A stretch of DNA of 64,000 nt from Pristiophorus japonicus (GCF_044704955.1 NC_091984.1:145886001-145950000), one strand, 5' to 3'; positions 48,551 through 62,994 are shown, counted from the first letter of the stretch. Made by a program: numbers and translations. The notes: generated by a model from the sequence alone, not told the origin.

Positions 48551-49149
48551 AGGCTTTCGCAGACTGACTGTGGCCTGTGTACAAAAGCACCTGTAGTGGG
48601 GACATAGACAGGGATAATTTAAGCCCGGACGAGTTAGCAAGCTGACTCCGAAGCCCAGTAGCTAAGTTTATCCAGAATAAGAACTAAGGCTGAGGCCTGG
48701 TTTGACCCAAGCGATCCCCGAGCCACAGAACAGGGAGTACTTAGACAACTGACCCTAGCTTACAGAAACGGCAGAGGGACAGAAGAGCACCCACAAAAAG
48801 GGAAGGGTTCACGAAATCTGACCTAGCCAAGATAAGAGGGAATGACGCCATGAGCAGATTAACCCATCCGATACAAAATGTATCTGCTTTGGGTGCGGAA
48901 AGAGTGGGCACTGGAGAAAAGATTGTAGAAATCTTTGGAAAGATAGTGCTGGAAAGAATTCTCCAGCCCCGGTCAAAAAGGCTGAGACCAAGAAGCCAGT
49001 CCCTCCCCATTCGTTTGATACCATTTTAACTGCACTCCGAGCCATGTTAGATGGCCCAGGGAAGGTAGCCACCGCCACCAGTACCGAAATCCCATCTGCC
49101 CCCTCCCAACCAAAACTGTTACTAGGACAGGCGCAGCCTGTCCACTTGT

Positions 49150-51667
49150 GTGCCCTCGAGTATGATGCGTGGGGGAGACCGACCATCCAGATGGAGGTGG
49201 AAAAGGTGAACACCTGCTGGACACCGGTGCCTCAAGCACCCTTGTCTATGCAGCTAACCCCGCCGCCTCACCTCTGTCCCCGACAGCTTGGTGAGTTTCA
49301 CAGGCACTGAACAGACTGGCTCATTCTCCATTCCGCTCTCCATTCATTTAGGTAAACTCCACACTAAGTGGACTTGTGTCCTGATGAAGTGGGAGCAGGA
49401 AGGGAAAGGGATCCTGGGGGCTGACTTCATCCTAGGCCATGGGATCATGGTACAATTAAGAAACCACTGTCTTTGGGGGTCAGTCTGTATGGGACAGGAG
49501 AGTGAGGTGATGGGAATCCCGGGAAAACAGGGAAAAGGTACGGTGTGCACCATGAAACCAAAGGAGGGTTACGACCTTGAATCACTGGTCAGTAATACCC
49601 CTGTAGAATACCAAGAATATGTGAGGATAAACCTTGCAGCTTTTGCCACTCACAAACATGACTTTGGTGAATAAACGGGGTCGAGGTTAGCATAGATGGG
49701 GACCCCATGATCCGACCACAGAAACAGTACAATTTCCCCAGGGAGGCGGAGGCAGACATGGAAACAGCCTTGGGTTCTTTGGTTAAACAGGGGGTATTGA
49801 GACCAATAGCTACCCATGTGAACTCTCCATTGTGGCCGGTTAAGAAACCGGACAACTCCTGGAGAGCCACGGTGGACTATCGAGTACTCAATCCTAACAT
49901 CCCCGCCTGTGCACCCACTGTTGCTGCTGTTGCCGACCTCATTGGAAGTATCCCAGCCTCCACGACCACCTTCATGGTGCTGGATACTTCCAACGGGTTC
50001 TGGTCCATACCTTTAAGGAGGGAAGATCAGTACATGTTTGCTTTTACCTTTAAAGGACAACAATACACTTGGAACTGTCTCCCTCAGGGCTTCCACAATA
50101 CCCCAGTATTTTCCATCAGTGTATGTCCAACTGTTTAAAGAGTTTCAGCAGACCCCAGCAGTTGGTGCAGTATGTGGATGACCTGCTCCTGTTCACTGAT
50201 GAGGGGGAGGAGCATGGCCCACTGCTGGCTGAACTGCTGGAGCTGCTGAAAGAAGAAGGATTTAAAGTAAACCCCAAGAAGGCACAGATTGGCTTGAAGG
50301 AAGTAAAATTTATGAGACTGGCGGTGTGTGCTGGGGAATGAGCCACAGACAAAGCTAGAAGGGAAGCAGTGCAGAAGTTACCCGCCCCCAGCACAGTAAC
50401 AGGAGTAAGACCTTTTCTCGGGCTAACCGGGTACTGCAGAGACTTCATTGAGGATTATGCAGCCACAGCAGCCCCTCTGCTCCAACTCCTACACAAGGAG
50501 TGGAGTGGGAATGGGACAAAAGTTGCGAGGCAGCATTTATCCAACTCAAGAAAGATCTGCAGACCGCGCCAGCTCTAGGGGCCATAGACGGGGGTAAAGA
50601 GTTTTTCCTAGAGGTAGCAGCCAGTGGGGACAGCCTGAGCGCAGTACTGCTCCAAGAGCGGCACGGCCGGCTGAGGACAGTGGTCTACTCCTCCAGGATA
50701 CTCACGGACGTGGAGAAGGGATACTCCAACTGTGAGCGGCATCTCCGAGCCACTCACTGGGCTGTGAAAAGATCACTGATCTTCACAGAGGGGGTCCCCT
50801 ATCACACTCCTTACCCATCATACGCCCACCCAAATGCTCCTGGACGGGAGAATCAAGGACAGGAGTGTGAGCAGTGCCCGCATTGCTCACTGGACCCGGC
50901 TCCTCTCTCAAATGGACCTAAGGGTAAAGGGTCTTTGCGAGCCAAGACACACAGCCAACATGATTTATCCAGGGACAGCCTTCCCATGCCGAACAGCTAC
51001 TGCCCTGGGAACAGCCAGGACCCTGGTCAGAGAAGTGTTCTCTCGATGGGGACTACCACAATACGTGGAGTCCGGCCAAGGGAGTCACTTTACCGGGCAG
51101 GTGATGCAGGAGACCGTTAAGGTACTCGGCGTCAAAGGGAAATGGCATGTCGCCCACAACCCGCAGTTATCCGGGCCTGTGGAGCATTTAAACCGCACTA
51201 TCAAAGAAAGGCTGCACAAAGAGACAGGGGACTCACCCAAAGGGTGGGTAGAGGTCTTACCACTGGTCCTCATGGGGATCCGGGCCAGCCAGTCAAAGAG
51301 CACGGAGTACTCCCCATACGAGCTCATGACCGGCAGAGCCATGCTAACCCCCACCCACGTGTTAGCCCCGGTACTCACGGAAGGTCAGCTTAGGGAAGCA
51401 AAGCGGGACAGCTTTGTCAGGAATCTGTTTGAACACCTTAAACAGATTCATTGGCAGGCTGCTAACAACATGGGAAAACAGCATCGGAGCAACCGGCTGC
51501 TGCTAGAACCCCACAACCACCACGAATGGGAGATAGGGGACCAGGTTATGGTGAGGAACTACGCTAGAGTAGGTCTCTTTGAGGCTCTGTACATGGGACC
51601 GTACCATATTGTCGACAAGGCAAGCCCCATGATCTATGCCATAAAAATGTCCCGCCGTACAAAGTGA
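49150..51667 (+). pseudogene. ERV pol (PR-RT-RH-IN), fragmented
   Basis: ILGADF; NSPLWPVKKPDNSWRATVDYR; GFWSIPL; QQYTWNCLPQGFHN; QYVDDLL; YSNCERHL; GSHFTG...VEHLNRTIK; SPYELMTGR. Confidence 0.9.
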
Positions 51668-52765
51668 TTCCACATAAACCAGTGCAAACTTTTCAACCCA
51701 GGGGCAGCAGCTAAACTTAAGGGACAGCGAAAAACAGTAAACTGAACTGAAGACAGAGACCCCCAGCCAGCAGCCCTCGACTGGAAATCCCACAGGGGAC
51801 GTGGCAGACCCACAGACAGCACCTAGAGGGGTGGTGGACTGTGTTACTGGCGGAGCTTTCCCCACAATCATTTCGGACTCGAACGCACCCCCAGTAGCCA
51901 GAGCCTTAAGAAGGACTCCCTGCACACCACAGCCAAAGACACCGTGGTCACCAGCGCCCCACTTTGAATGGTTCAGCCCCGGGAAAGGGACCAGCCGCGA
52001 AAGGGCACCTAAGGTCAGAGACCAGCCCGCGACCAGGGACACCCAGCCGGTAGCCTCGGGCAACGAAGGACCCCCAGAAGAGATAGCGGTGGACCAACCA
52101 CAAAGTGGGAGTCCCAATCCCGTAGCCGTCGACCAGGTAGAACCCCCAGGGGGTGAAACAAACCGAGCAGCCACCCCCAAGGAGCGGTGTGCTGCAGCAC
52201 CGGAGGGAACGTTCCTCCAATGGTGTGGGACTCAAACCCACCTCCGGTCAGGACACTCCAGGTCCTGCGGCAAAGGCCGACTTACTACCGGAGGAAAAAG
52301 AAGAAAGAAAGAAGGCAGGAATTAACCTGGCCACCCGGAGACGGGTGGCAGTTGTACATATATAGTACAATATGAATTTAAGAATGTCTAGTGAGTAATT
52401 TAGAGTAGTGTAAGATTGTCTGTGTAATGATAGTAATATATGTATTAGTTACTGGGGTAAGGAAAAGAATCGACCTGTGCAGCTATTAAAAGAGGCACAG
52501 GCCGGGTAATACCTGGGAGTAAGAAGAATCTACCAGTATAGCTATTAAAGGAAGCACCGTTAAGATAAGATGGCTGTGAGACAAAAGTTAAAGGCAGACA
52601 CCAGTTCCATAAGGAACTGAATAAGACAGCCAGTCAATTAAAGGCTGTACTGTGTGTCTGAGAAGAAATGAGCCCAAATTGGAACTCGGTCATCTTTGTC
52701 AAGCCGGAGAGCTTTCTCAGGGCTAGACAATCTGTTTTCTGTGTCCCGATAGGAAGGAGAACAGT

Positions 52766-55132
52766 ATGGAAAGGGTCCTGTTCCTGCTCGCCCTGATAAG
52801 GATGAGCAGTGGCGACCGAGAAGACCTGGAAGAATCCCACATTTATGGGTGCTCAGGAGAGAGAACACTGATCGTAACTGCAGGGGGAGGCACACTAGAC
52901 ACGGAAGAACTCGCCTTTTACGCCCACGAGGGAAGGTGGCCAGGGTGGCTGGGATCTAACTCTACCCGCTACTCCAGCCAGAAAGGTTTTACCTATGGGG
53001 AGGCCTCAGTTCCATGCCCCCGGATACGGATCATCGCTGCCCGAGTCAGTGTTACAGAGGGAAAACATGTATGTTTGACTTGCAAAGGAAACATTCCAAT
53101 GGGAAGATGGTGGTGACACATAAAACTCAGCAAGGACACATGGGACCAGGAATCGGACTGGGAAAAACTCGGTAATGATACCTATCGCACCATCACAGGG
53201 ACATGGGGAGGAGTAAAGGTGTGTTGGGACAAATGGTGGGAATCTGAACAAGGAATTTATGTTTGCATGTGGGGATCAGAGAGTATTTGTCCCGCAGGCA
53301 TATCAATCGCTTTCGCCAGGCAATGGCAAGATGAAGGGGAAGGGATGGGGTGGGATTCTAGCCTACACGGGTGCGCAGTCCCACACTCCACACTCCAAAT
53401 TAACACCACCGAACTAAGAGCACACATTAAGAAATCCCTGCGCACAACCCCGCCAATACGCACAATAATAGAAAAACGTCCTACCACAAACAAGGGACCT
53501 GGAAATGGATTAGTATTGGTACCGACCGAAAAGGTGTTATACCAGGGGGTACATTATGCAGTAGCTTCAGTAATATTAAACCTTACCGAGGTACACCTAC
53601 CTGCCTGGTGTCCGATGGAAACAGCTGCTATACCAGGCCCTACTTTGAGATATGTTCAAGAAATGTTATGAGTTAGACTTTGGAAATGTAGACAAAGCAG
53701 ACCTACACCCTAAACGCTAGGGACACCATGGGCTTGGGGAGACCTAGAAGGGGAATCATAAATTACGTTTTCATAGCCTACAATACAGGATCCTCTGTAA
53801 TAAATAGCCTAGGTGACATAGAACTGCAAACGCAGATAAACGGTTTAAAGAACCAACTGAGGAAAATCCTGAAACAAGAGAACACTGTAGTAGGTTCAGA
53901 ACTACTCGAGGACCAGGCTATGACTGTCCATTTAAAAGAAATAGTGGCTGAGCTGGAAAAACATGCACAGACAGTGAATGCACTCGTACGGGAGGATAGA
54001 AACGATTCGGACCAGGCTGCACAGAACGAGGTGTGCGTACTATATGGGGCATGGTTGTTGGGCGAGGGCTGCAACAACCTGGAGGATTTAAAACAAGGTG
54101 TAGTCCTCTCCTGGATCAGTAACAAGCACCTCGCAGCTCTCCACCCGTACATCAATTCACTAAGCCCATGCCAGCTCCGCCGAGCCTCTGAAGCCGACAC
54201 TGTCCCAGTAGACTGTGGGAAATCTAACCACACCATTATGGGGATAGTACTAAGGATGCCGGTCATGGGTGGAACAGCCCGACCCGCACCGGTATACTGG
54301 GTGGAGAACATTGGAGTCATTCAGGGAGGTGCACATATTCATTTTGCAGCAGTCCCACCCTATGTCATAAAGTGGGAGCACGCTGTAACGGGTACTGACC
54401 TCTCCGGGTGCCGGAGCCGGGGTGCACACGTAATACTGTGTCCCCAGTACTTAAGTGCCCATTCAAAGTCGCAGTGTGGGTTTAAAGCTGCTGGTGCACA
54501 GCCTATTAATTGCACCATGGAGGTAATTGCACAAGAGCATGTCCCTCCACAGGTAGCATACATAGAGGGTGGGACATATTGTGTCACCACCAGTGCGCCC
54601 CACTACCAACATGGACACTTCTGGTGTTCGGTTAGTGACAGCAGTTTTTGCTTCAAACCTGAGGCATCAGTTCAAGTGACCCAGGAATGGATTGTCCCCA
54701 TTCCTGAATCCTCCACTGTCCACCTTACTGTGAAGGAAAACATTACAAACCTGCAGGATTATGTTGCACATTTTGGCTATGCAATTCCCCCTCAACCCGA
54801 ACATCTTACCGCTCTGCTAAAAGCTGTAATTATCTCACAAATACACTTCTACACTCGAGAACAGAAAACAATTGAGGGAGAAAGATTCTCGAGCTCACAT
54901 TTCCACCTTGGTGGGACCTTTTCAGAAATATAGACGTCCCAGTCTGGATCCGAATCGCTTCCCACACTTTAGTTATCTGTCAACTTATTCTTTACTTACG
55001 GTGTCTCACTTGCCGAGTGAAATGCAGAGGCCGTTAGGTCAGGCACCAAAGGGTGTTATACGCTCCTTGGCCGAACATGGGAATCGCGCAGGGAGGGGTG
55101 GCACCATACTACCATGTTTAATTTGTGTTTGA
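52766..55132 (+). pseudogene. Env-like class I fusion glycoprotein, fragmented
   Basis: Signal peptide MERVLFLLALIRMSSG; furin-like RPRR|GIINYVFIAYNTGSSVINSL; heptad region; Cys-rich region; shifted-frame PPWWDLFRNIDVPVWIRIASHTLVICQLILY membrane anchor. Confidence 0.8.
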
Positions 55133-55469
55133 TTTTACCTGTTGTAAAACGCAAATATTGAGTGTTGTAAGAGCATTACTTAAAAGTCTGTTTAACTATG
55201 TACCTTTTATTTTTTTTTACTGTACCTAAAGTTGTGTTTGACTGTATACTGTTATTTTACTGTGAAAACGGAGTAAAGGAGGGGCATCGGACCCCCTCTA
55301 TGCTGTAACCGAATTGTAATGATGGTATTCGCCTGTAAATTGCATCGCATTTCAAAGGGGGATGCACGTTAATGTTTAGCTGGTATAAATGCGGGAAAGT
55401 TGACTCTCGGAATCAGGAATTTTGTTTACCTTGCTTGACACACAAGTGTGTAGAGTGTCACAGGGGGAC

Positions 55470-56854
55470 TGAAAGGTCAAAATTCACAGGAACCTCCCCA
55501 GTGTTTGGGCACATTGGAAAGGAAATTTAATTTGGGACTATCTACTGGATAGTTTGATATCCTAAAGTGCTTATGGAAGAAACTATGAACTTTAATCGAA
55601 TTTTGGACTTTTACAAGACAAATTCAAGTCTGTGGGCAGACCGAAGGAACTAAAGGAGCTAACTTGATTATTGGAACTGTCTGGGTGTTGGGACTAAAGT
55701 AAATTGTCTGGAGAAATGGATATTCGAAAACCCTTCTCCACAACAGACATTAACATTACAACAATAATTCAGGGATGGCCAGCCATCAAACTGAACCGAG
55801 AAAAGCCATCTTCAGCATGAATAAGAACAAAGGGCCCACTACAGCTTGTATGCAAAAACCAAGTAGAAAAAGACATTGCGATTACCAAGCTAATATTTCC
55901 AGCAGGAAACAGATTTAGAAGAGCAACCCACCCAAGACATAGTCACTTTTAATGAGCCCGCCAACATATTACAAAGAAATGTCAAGCCCGCCAAATTTAA
56001 ACAAAGAATTCTGGACTAATTTGGCATGACGATTAGGACAGCTCAAACAATATAACTGGCCCCCTGTTTTAACAAAGTGTATGCCATACTACGCCTATGC
56101 CATCAAGAAGGGAGCGAAACCAACGCGACAGTTGTAAACTAACTTCTCCTGCCTCGAAGTCCTGAAGTCCAAAAAGGAAGGAAGAATATCACCACGTGGC
56201 AGCAACTGACCACAGCCAACGTGGTACCACCAAAACCACCGCGATCGACCAAACTCGAAACAAAACTCCAACAGAAAGAAACCGAAGAATCAAAAGTTTC
56301 CACTCTACAAGCTGTTCCTGAGCTACCAACGGGTAAACTATTACCTAAAGAACTGCAAAAACCTACTTATACCGAAAGAAAATGGTTACTTACCCCACAA
56401 ATCCAAAACGCACCTTACCGCATCAGCGGACTCAACCCAACTGAAGATCGCGCAGTAAGAAGTCTTCTCCAATGTTCGGGGTATGGCAAGCAGAACCTAC
56501 AGAATTCAACGAACCCCGAAATCGTGAACTACCGCTAACTGACCAGAAAGGATTGGTAAGCATTGTCCCTGCCCGCCCTGGAGTCTAACCTAGCTAGGAT
56601 TAGGTATTGGGAGGTGGGAGGTGTAATTTTTCTGTAACCCCCTTTGAATGTGTAATGTATTGTCCTTTATTAGAGTGATTATAAGTTTGACATTGTATTT
56701 TTTGTCTGTACTAAAATCAAAGTTCTTTTGCATCAAACCAGTTGTCCTTTGCACTTTACCACATTCCCCCAGTCTAGAACCCAAGGGAGTGGGAGCGATT
56801 CGAACCGCTCAAGTAGGTCAGAGGTGAACCTGACCCCCGGGACCATCCCTTACA
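55470..56854 (+). repeat. ERV 3' LTR (~1.4 kb)
   Basis: TGAAAGG follows the PPT; ends CCCTTACA. The terminal ~75 bp resemble 7581-7659. Confidence 0.7.
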
Positions 56855-57039
56855 GAGGCTGTCCTGCTGGCCAGAGCAATGGTGAAATACACTGACCTTG
56901 TGGAAGGGCAAGCAGCTCCGATTCTTACCATCCCAGACTGTCAGCCAATCACCGTGGCTTCCTCCTTCGGAGAGCTGTTCAAATCTCCACGGGTTTCACA
57001 GCTGCAGCTCACAGACACGCTGGTGAGCAGATTGTTGGG

Positions 57040-58630
57040 GTGTTTGCTCTACACTTGTCCAGTTGCTGTGTGTCATGGGTCTGGGCGACATTACAATTGG
57101 AGCCCATTACTGGTCTCATAAAGTGACATTGATTAGTCTGAGCTTTCGACCACACATCCGCAGCATAACTAAGACCGCGTATTTCCATCACCATCACATT
57201 GTCCGTCTCCACCCCTGCCTCAGCTCATCCGCTGTTGAAACCCTCATCCATGCATTTTTTACCTCTGGACTCAACTATTCCAATGCACTCCTGGCTGGTC
57301 TCCCACAGTTTACCCTGCATAAGCTAGAGGTGATCCAATACTCGGCTGCCCGTGTCCTAACAGGCACTGAGTCCCACTCACCCATCATCAGCATCAAGTC
57401 CCTCGGAATCGAGGAAGACTTGCTTCCACTCTAAAATGAGTCCTTAGGTGGCTGAACGGAACCACAGCCCCTGTCATAGGTGGGACAGATAGTCATTGAG
57501 GGAAAGGGTGGGTCGGACAGGTTTGCCGCACGCTCTTTGCGCTGCCTGTGCTTGATTTCTGCATGCTCTCGGCGATGAGACTCGAGGTGCTAAGCCCCCT
57601 CCCGGATGCACTTCCTCCACTTAGGATGATCTTTGTCCACGGACCCCCAGGTGTCAGTGGAGATGTTGCACTTTACCAGGGAGTCTTTGAGAGTGTCCTT
57701 GTAACGTTTTCTCTGCCCCCCTTTGGCTCGTTTGCCGTGATGGAGTTCCGAGTAGAGCGCTTGCTTTCGGAACCTCGTGTCTGGCATGCGAATGATGTGG
57801 CCTGCCCAGCAGAGCTGATCAAGTGTGGTCAGTGCTTGAATGCTGAGGATGTTGGCCTGATCGAGGATGCTATTGTTGGTGCGTTTCTAGGAGATTTGTA
57901 GGATCTTGCGGAGACATCATTGGTGGTATTTCTCCAGTGACTTCAGGTGTCTACTTTACATGGTCCATGTCTCTGAGGCATACAGGAGGGCGGGTGTTAC
58001 TATAGCCCTATAGACCACGAGCTTGGTAGTGGATTTGAGAGCCTGGTCTTCAAACATTCTTTTCCTCAGGTGGCCGAAGGCTGCGCTGGCGCACTGGAGG
58101 CAGTGTTGAATCTCGCCGTCAATGTCTGCTCTTGTTGATAAGAGGCTCCTTAGGTATGGGAAATTATCCACGTTTTCCAGCTCCTCACCCATCACCCCTG
58201 TGCTCGCTGACCGACATTGGCTCGTGGTTAAACAACGCCTCGATTTTAAAATTTTCATCCTTATTTTCAAATCCCTCCATGGCCTCGCCCCTCCCTATTT
58301 CTGTAATCTCCTCCAGCCCCAAAACCCCCCGAGATGTCTGCGTTCCTCTAATTCTGCCCCCTTGAGTATCCCTGATTGTAATCACTCAACCATTGGTGGC
58401 CATGCCTTCTGTTGCTGAGACCCCAAGCTCTGGAACTCCCTCCCTAAACCTCTCTACCTCTCTTTCCTCCTTCAAGATGCTCCTTAAAACCTACCTCTTT
58501 TGTCACCTGCACTAATTGCTACTTATGCGGCTCGGTATCAAATTTGTATCGCATAATACTCCTGTGAAGCACCTTGGGACGTTTCACTACGGTAAAGGTG
58601 CTATATAAATACAAGTTGTTGTTGTTGTTG
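57040..58630. mobile_element. L2 fragment (+) interrupted by an RTE 3' fragment (-, ~57390-58182)
   Basis: ETLIHAFFTSGLNYSNALLAGLP (L2); KQALYSEL...GGQRKRYKD (RTE); CACCCATCA duplicated at both sides. Confidence 0.8.
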
Positions 58631-58642
58631 GGGAACAAGGAG

Positions 58643-61600
58643 TGTTATGTATGTAAACATTACCAATGTGTAAGACTTGCCACCAAGGGGCGCACCTGTG
58701 GGAAACTCAAAGGTCACCTGCACACACTGGGCAAGCAGGTATAAAAGGCAGTCTACCATGCTGCCTCCTCAGTCTGAGTTACAATAAATAAACCAAGGTC
58801 ACAACAGTTTGAGCTTAAGATATACAGTCTTGTGGAGCTATTCTAAACGTAACAATTGGCGATGAGTAACAGATCACAAACTTTCATGCAGTTATGGGTG
58901 CCATTGGTATTCTTGAGAGATTTGTTGAGGATGATGATTGGGAAACCTTCGTTGAGCGTGTTGACCAATACTTCGTGGCCAACGAGCTGGAAAAATCAGA
59001 AACCGCGATCAAGCACAGGGCGATTCTCCTCACCGTTTGAGGGTCCGCGATATATGGCCTCATCAAAAATCTGCTCGCACCGACGAAACCAATGGACAAG
59101 ACATATGAAGAGTTGGTTCAGGAACACCTCAAGCCGAAGGAGAGCATCTTGATGGCCAGGTATCGCTTTTATAAGCACCACTGCTCCGAGGGCCAGGATG
59201 AGCTATGTCGCCTACCTAAGATGCCTTGCATCTTTGGGGGAAGTGTTGCGGGACCTTTTCGTGCTTGGAATCGGCCACGAGGTCATTCTTCGCAAACTGA
59301 TGTCTGCCGAATCCCTAGGTCTGAGCAAGGCCAACACGATAGCCCAGGCTTTTATGTCCACGAACGATAACACTAAACAGATCTCATTGCAGCATCGGAA
59401 CTCACCGGCAAGTACTGTGCATAAAATAACGCCTTCAGCAGGCAGAACTGTACATAGCAGGGCCTACACGCCTGCAGACCTAGGATGACTCCGAGTCCGC
59501 CGTGGGGCGTGAATGCGAATCCATGAGCACCGTGTTGGCGCTGCGGGGGTAATCATCGAGCCCATCAATGTCGATTCAAACATTACGTGTGCAAGGGCTG
59601 TGGAACAATGGGGCACCTCCAGCGAATGTGCAGACGTGCTGCGACTCACCATGTGGCAGAATCGGCAGACGATTACCGATTCGGCGCAGATCACATTAAA
59701 CGAGTAAGAGAGGCAACTCAACCCGAGGCTGAAGAGGAAGTGTATGGGGTACACACCTTCACCACCAAAAGCCCTCCAATAATGTAAATACTCAAATTAA
59801 AATGCATTCCAGTTTCCATGGAATTGGACACGGGGGCGAGTCAGTCAATTATTAGCCATAAGGCTTTTCAGAAACTGTGGGTCAACAAGGCATAAAGGCC
59901 AAAACTAAGTCCGATCCATGCCAAGCTTCGCACGTACACCAAAGGGCTCATACCAGTCATTGGCAATTCGGCAGTGAAGGTATCGTATGATGGAGCTGTA
60001 AATGATTTACCACTATGGATTGTACCAAGCGATGGCCCAACGCTGTTTGGCTGAAGCTGGCTAGGAAAGATCCGATGGAACTGGGACGACATCAAAACAC
60101 TGTCTTCATGCGTACAAGTGCTAAACAAATTCCCGTCGTTATTCGAGCCAGGCATCGGCAACTTCACAGGCGCCAAAGTGCAAATCCATCTAGTCCCTGA
60201 TGCATGACCCGTTCATCACAAGGCCCAAATAGTTCCATACATGATGCGAGAAAAAGTCGAGATCGAGCTGGAGAGACTTCAACGAGAGGAGATCATAGCA
60301 TCAGTCGAGTTCAATCTTTCCAGTGTTGAAGAGCGATGGGACGGTCAGAATCTGTGGGGACCACAAGGTAACGATCAACCTCGTTACAGGACCAATACCC
60401 ACTACCCAAAGCGGATGACCTGTTTGCAATGCTAGCAGGGGGGAAGTCGTTCACCAAGCTGGATCTAACCTCTGCGTACATGACACAGGAGCTGGCTGGA
60501 TCTTCAAAAAAATTGACGTGCATCAACACGCACAGAGGACTGTTCATATACCACAAATGCTCCTTTGGGATTCGTTCGGCGGCGGCCAACATCCAGAGGA
60601 ACATGGAGAGTCTGCTGAAATTGGTTCTTCGCACCGTGGTGTTCCAAGACGACATCTTGATCACTGGTCGCAACACCACCGAACACTTGCACAACCTGGA
60701 AGAGGTTCTCATGTGACTGGACAGAGTGGGACTCAGGTTGTGTTTTCCTGGTGCCAGAGGTCGAATTTCTGGGGAGAAAGATTGCGGCAGACGGCATCAG
60801 ACCCACGGACTTCAAGACGGAGGCCATCAAGAATGCACCCAGAGTACAGAATGTAACGAAGCTGCGTTCGTTCCTGGGACTCCTCAACTATCTTGCTAAC
60901 TTTCTACTGGGGTTAAACACTTTGCTGGAACCATTGCATTTATTGCTACGCAAGAGTGACAACTGGGTTTTGGGGTAAAGCTCAAGAGACAGCCTTTAAC
61001 AAGGCCAGAAACCTGCAATGTTTTAACAAGTTACTTGTATTGTATAACCCATGTAAACGTTTAGTACTAGCTTATGATGTATCCTCGTACGATTGTGTGT
61101 TACAGCAAGCCAATGGGTCAGGCAAACGGCAACCGGTTGCATATGTTTCCAGAAGCTTATCTAAGGCTGAAAGAGCCTACATTATAGTTGATAAAGAAGC
61201 ATTAGCATGCGTATACGGGGTTAAGAAAAAGCACCTTTTGGGCTCCGGTTCGAGCTCGAAACTGACCACAAAATGTTCATTTTGTTGTTCTCAGAAAGCA
61301 ATGATATTAACACCAATGCTTCGTCCCGCATCCAAAGATGGGCACTAAAGTTATCTGTATACGATTATGTAATCCGCCACAGACCAGGCACGGAGAACTG
61401 TGCAGATGCCCTCAGTTGGCAATCATTGCCCACCACTGGGGTGGAAGTGGTGCAACCCGCAGACTTGCTCCTTGTAATGGATGCTTTTGAGAACGAGGGG
61501 TCACCCGTCACGGCTCGCCAGATCAGGACCTGCACTAGCCAGGATCCGGTGCTATCACGAGTAAAAAGCTGTGTCCTCAATGCGAGCTGGTCGGCGATCC

Positions 61601-62991
61601 CAGGGGAAATGCAAGATGAAATTAAACCGTTCCACCAAAGCTTGGATGAAGTGTCCATTCATTCAGACTGCCTCCTGTGGGGGAATCGTGTAATTTTGCC
61701 AAAAAACAGCAAGGAAATGTTTATACGCGACCTTCACAGTACCCACCCAGGCATAGTCATGATGAAGGCTATCACCAGGTCGCACGTTTGGTGGCCCGGC
61801 ATTGTCTCGGAATTGGAGTCATGCATACACCAATACAACACTTGCTCACAGTTGAGCAATGCACCAAGGGAGGCCCCACTGAGTCTGTTGTCATGGCCTT
61901 ACAAACCGTGGTCAAGGGTCCATGTAGATTTCACTGGCCTCTTTCTAGGAAAGATGTTCCTAGTAACAGTGGACGCTTATTCTAAATGGATTGAATGTAC
62001 AATAATGTCATCATGTACATCCACTGCCACCATTGAAAGCCTCCAGGCTATGTTCGCCACCCATGTTTTGCCCGACGTCCTTATTAGTGACAATGGACCA
62101 TGCTTCACCAGCTCAGAATTCAATGAGTTTGTGACCCGTAATAGCATCAAGCATGTCAGGCCTGCAATGTTTAAGCCCGCATCCAATGGTCAAGCAGAAC
62201 GTGCAGTCCAAACCATTAAGGTGAGCTTGAAACGCGTGACGGACGGTTCCCTGCAGACCCGGCTATCTCGGATTCTGCTCAGCTACCGGACGCTTACTGG
62301 TGTTCCCCCGGCAAAATTATTAATGAAGAGCGCACTCAAAATCAGGCTCTCCTTAGTCCACCCGGATCTCAGTGATCATGTAGAAACCCACAGTCACTGG
62401 CATAACATGTACCATGATCGCGCGGCTGTATCATGCGACATTGAAGTTAATGACCCTGTGTTTGTTCTTAATTATGGTCATAGTCCTAAATGGGTTACTG
62501 GCACTGTTTCAGCCAAGGAGGGGAATAGAGTGTTTGTTGTCAAACTTTTGAATGGATAAACGTGCAGAAAGCACTTGGATCAGATCAAATTGCGGTTCAC
62601 TGACAACCAAGAACAGTTTGAAGAGAACATTACCATCATTGATCCACACACACCCAACCAGCATCAACCTCGCGGTCAACCACGCGATTAACCCACCATG
62701 CCCGACAGTCCGATCAGACCAGCCACACTGCAGTGCAGCAATGATCTGACCGACTCACCCCTGCCCGGACTTCAACTCAGGCGATCAACCCGGGAACGCA
62801 GAGCCCCGGATTGCCTCAACTTGTAAATAACTTGTACATAAAACTTTGGGGAGGAATGATGTTATGTATGTAAACATTACCAATGTGTACCCACCAGGGG
62901 GTGCACCTGTGGGAGACCCAAGGGTCACCTGCACACACCGGGTAAGCAGGTAGAAAAGGCAGTCTACCATGCTGCTTCCTCATTCTAGAGT
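58643..62991 (+). mobile_element. Gypsy/Ty3 LTR retrotransposon, degenerate
   Basis: 5' LTR 58643-58854, PBS TGGCGATGAG, gag-PR-RT (KLDL...FQDDILI)-RH-IN (ORF 61273-62559), PPT, 3' LTR from 62860 cut by (TG)n. Confidence 0.92.
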
Positions 62992-62994
62992 GAG

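Larger units (their letters stand above)
48551..56854 (+). mobile_element. Env-containing LTR retroelement (lokiretrovirus-like ERV); 5' LTR and most of gag missing
   Basis: Gag knuckle CFGCGKSGHWRKDC, protease, RT, RNase H, integrase, env, PPT (CAGGGGGAC) and 3' LTR TG..CA. Confidence 0.85.

Noticed and set aside
43458-48640. Many antisense and alternative-frame ORFs over the Tx1 element
   Set aside because: Expected shadow ORFs of GC-rich coding DNA; no recognisable motifs.
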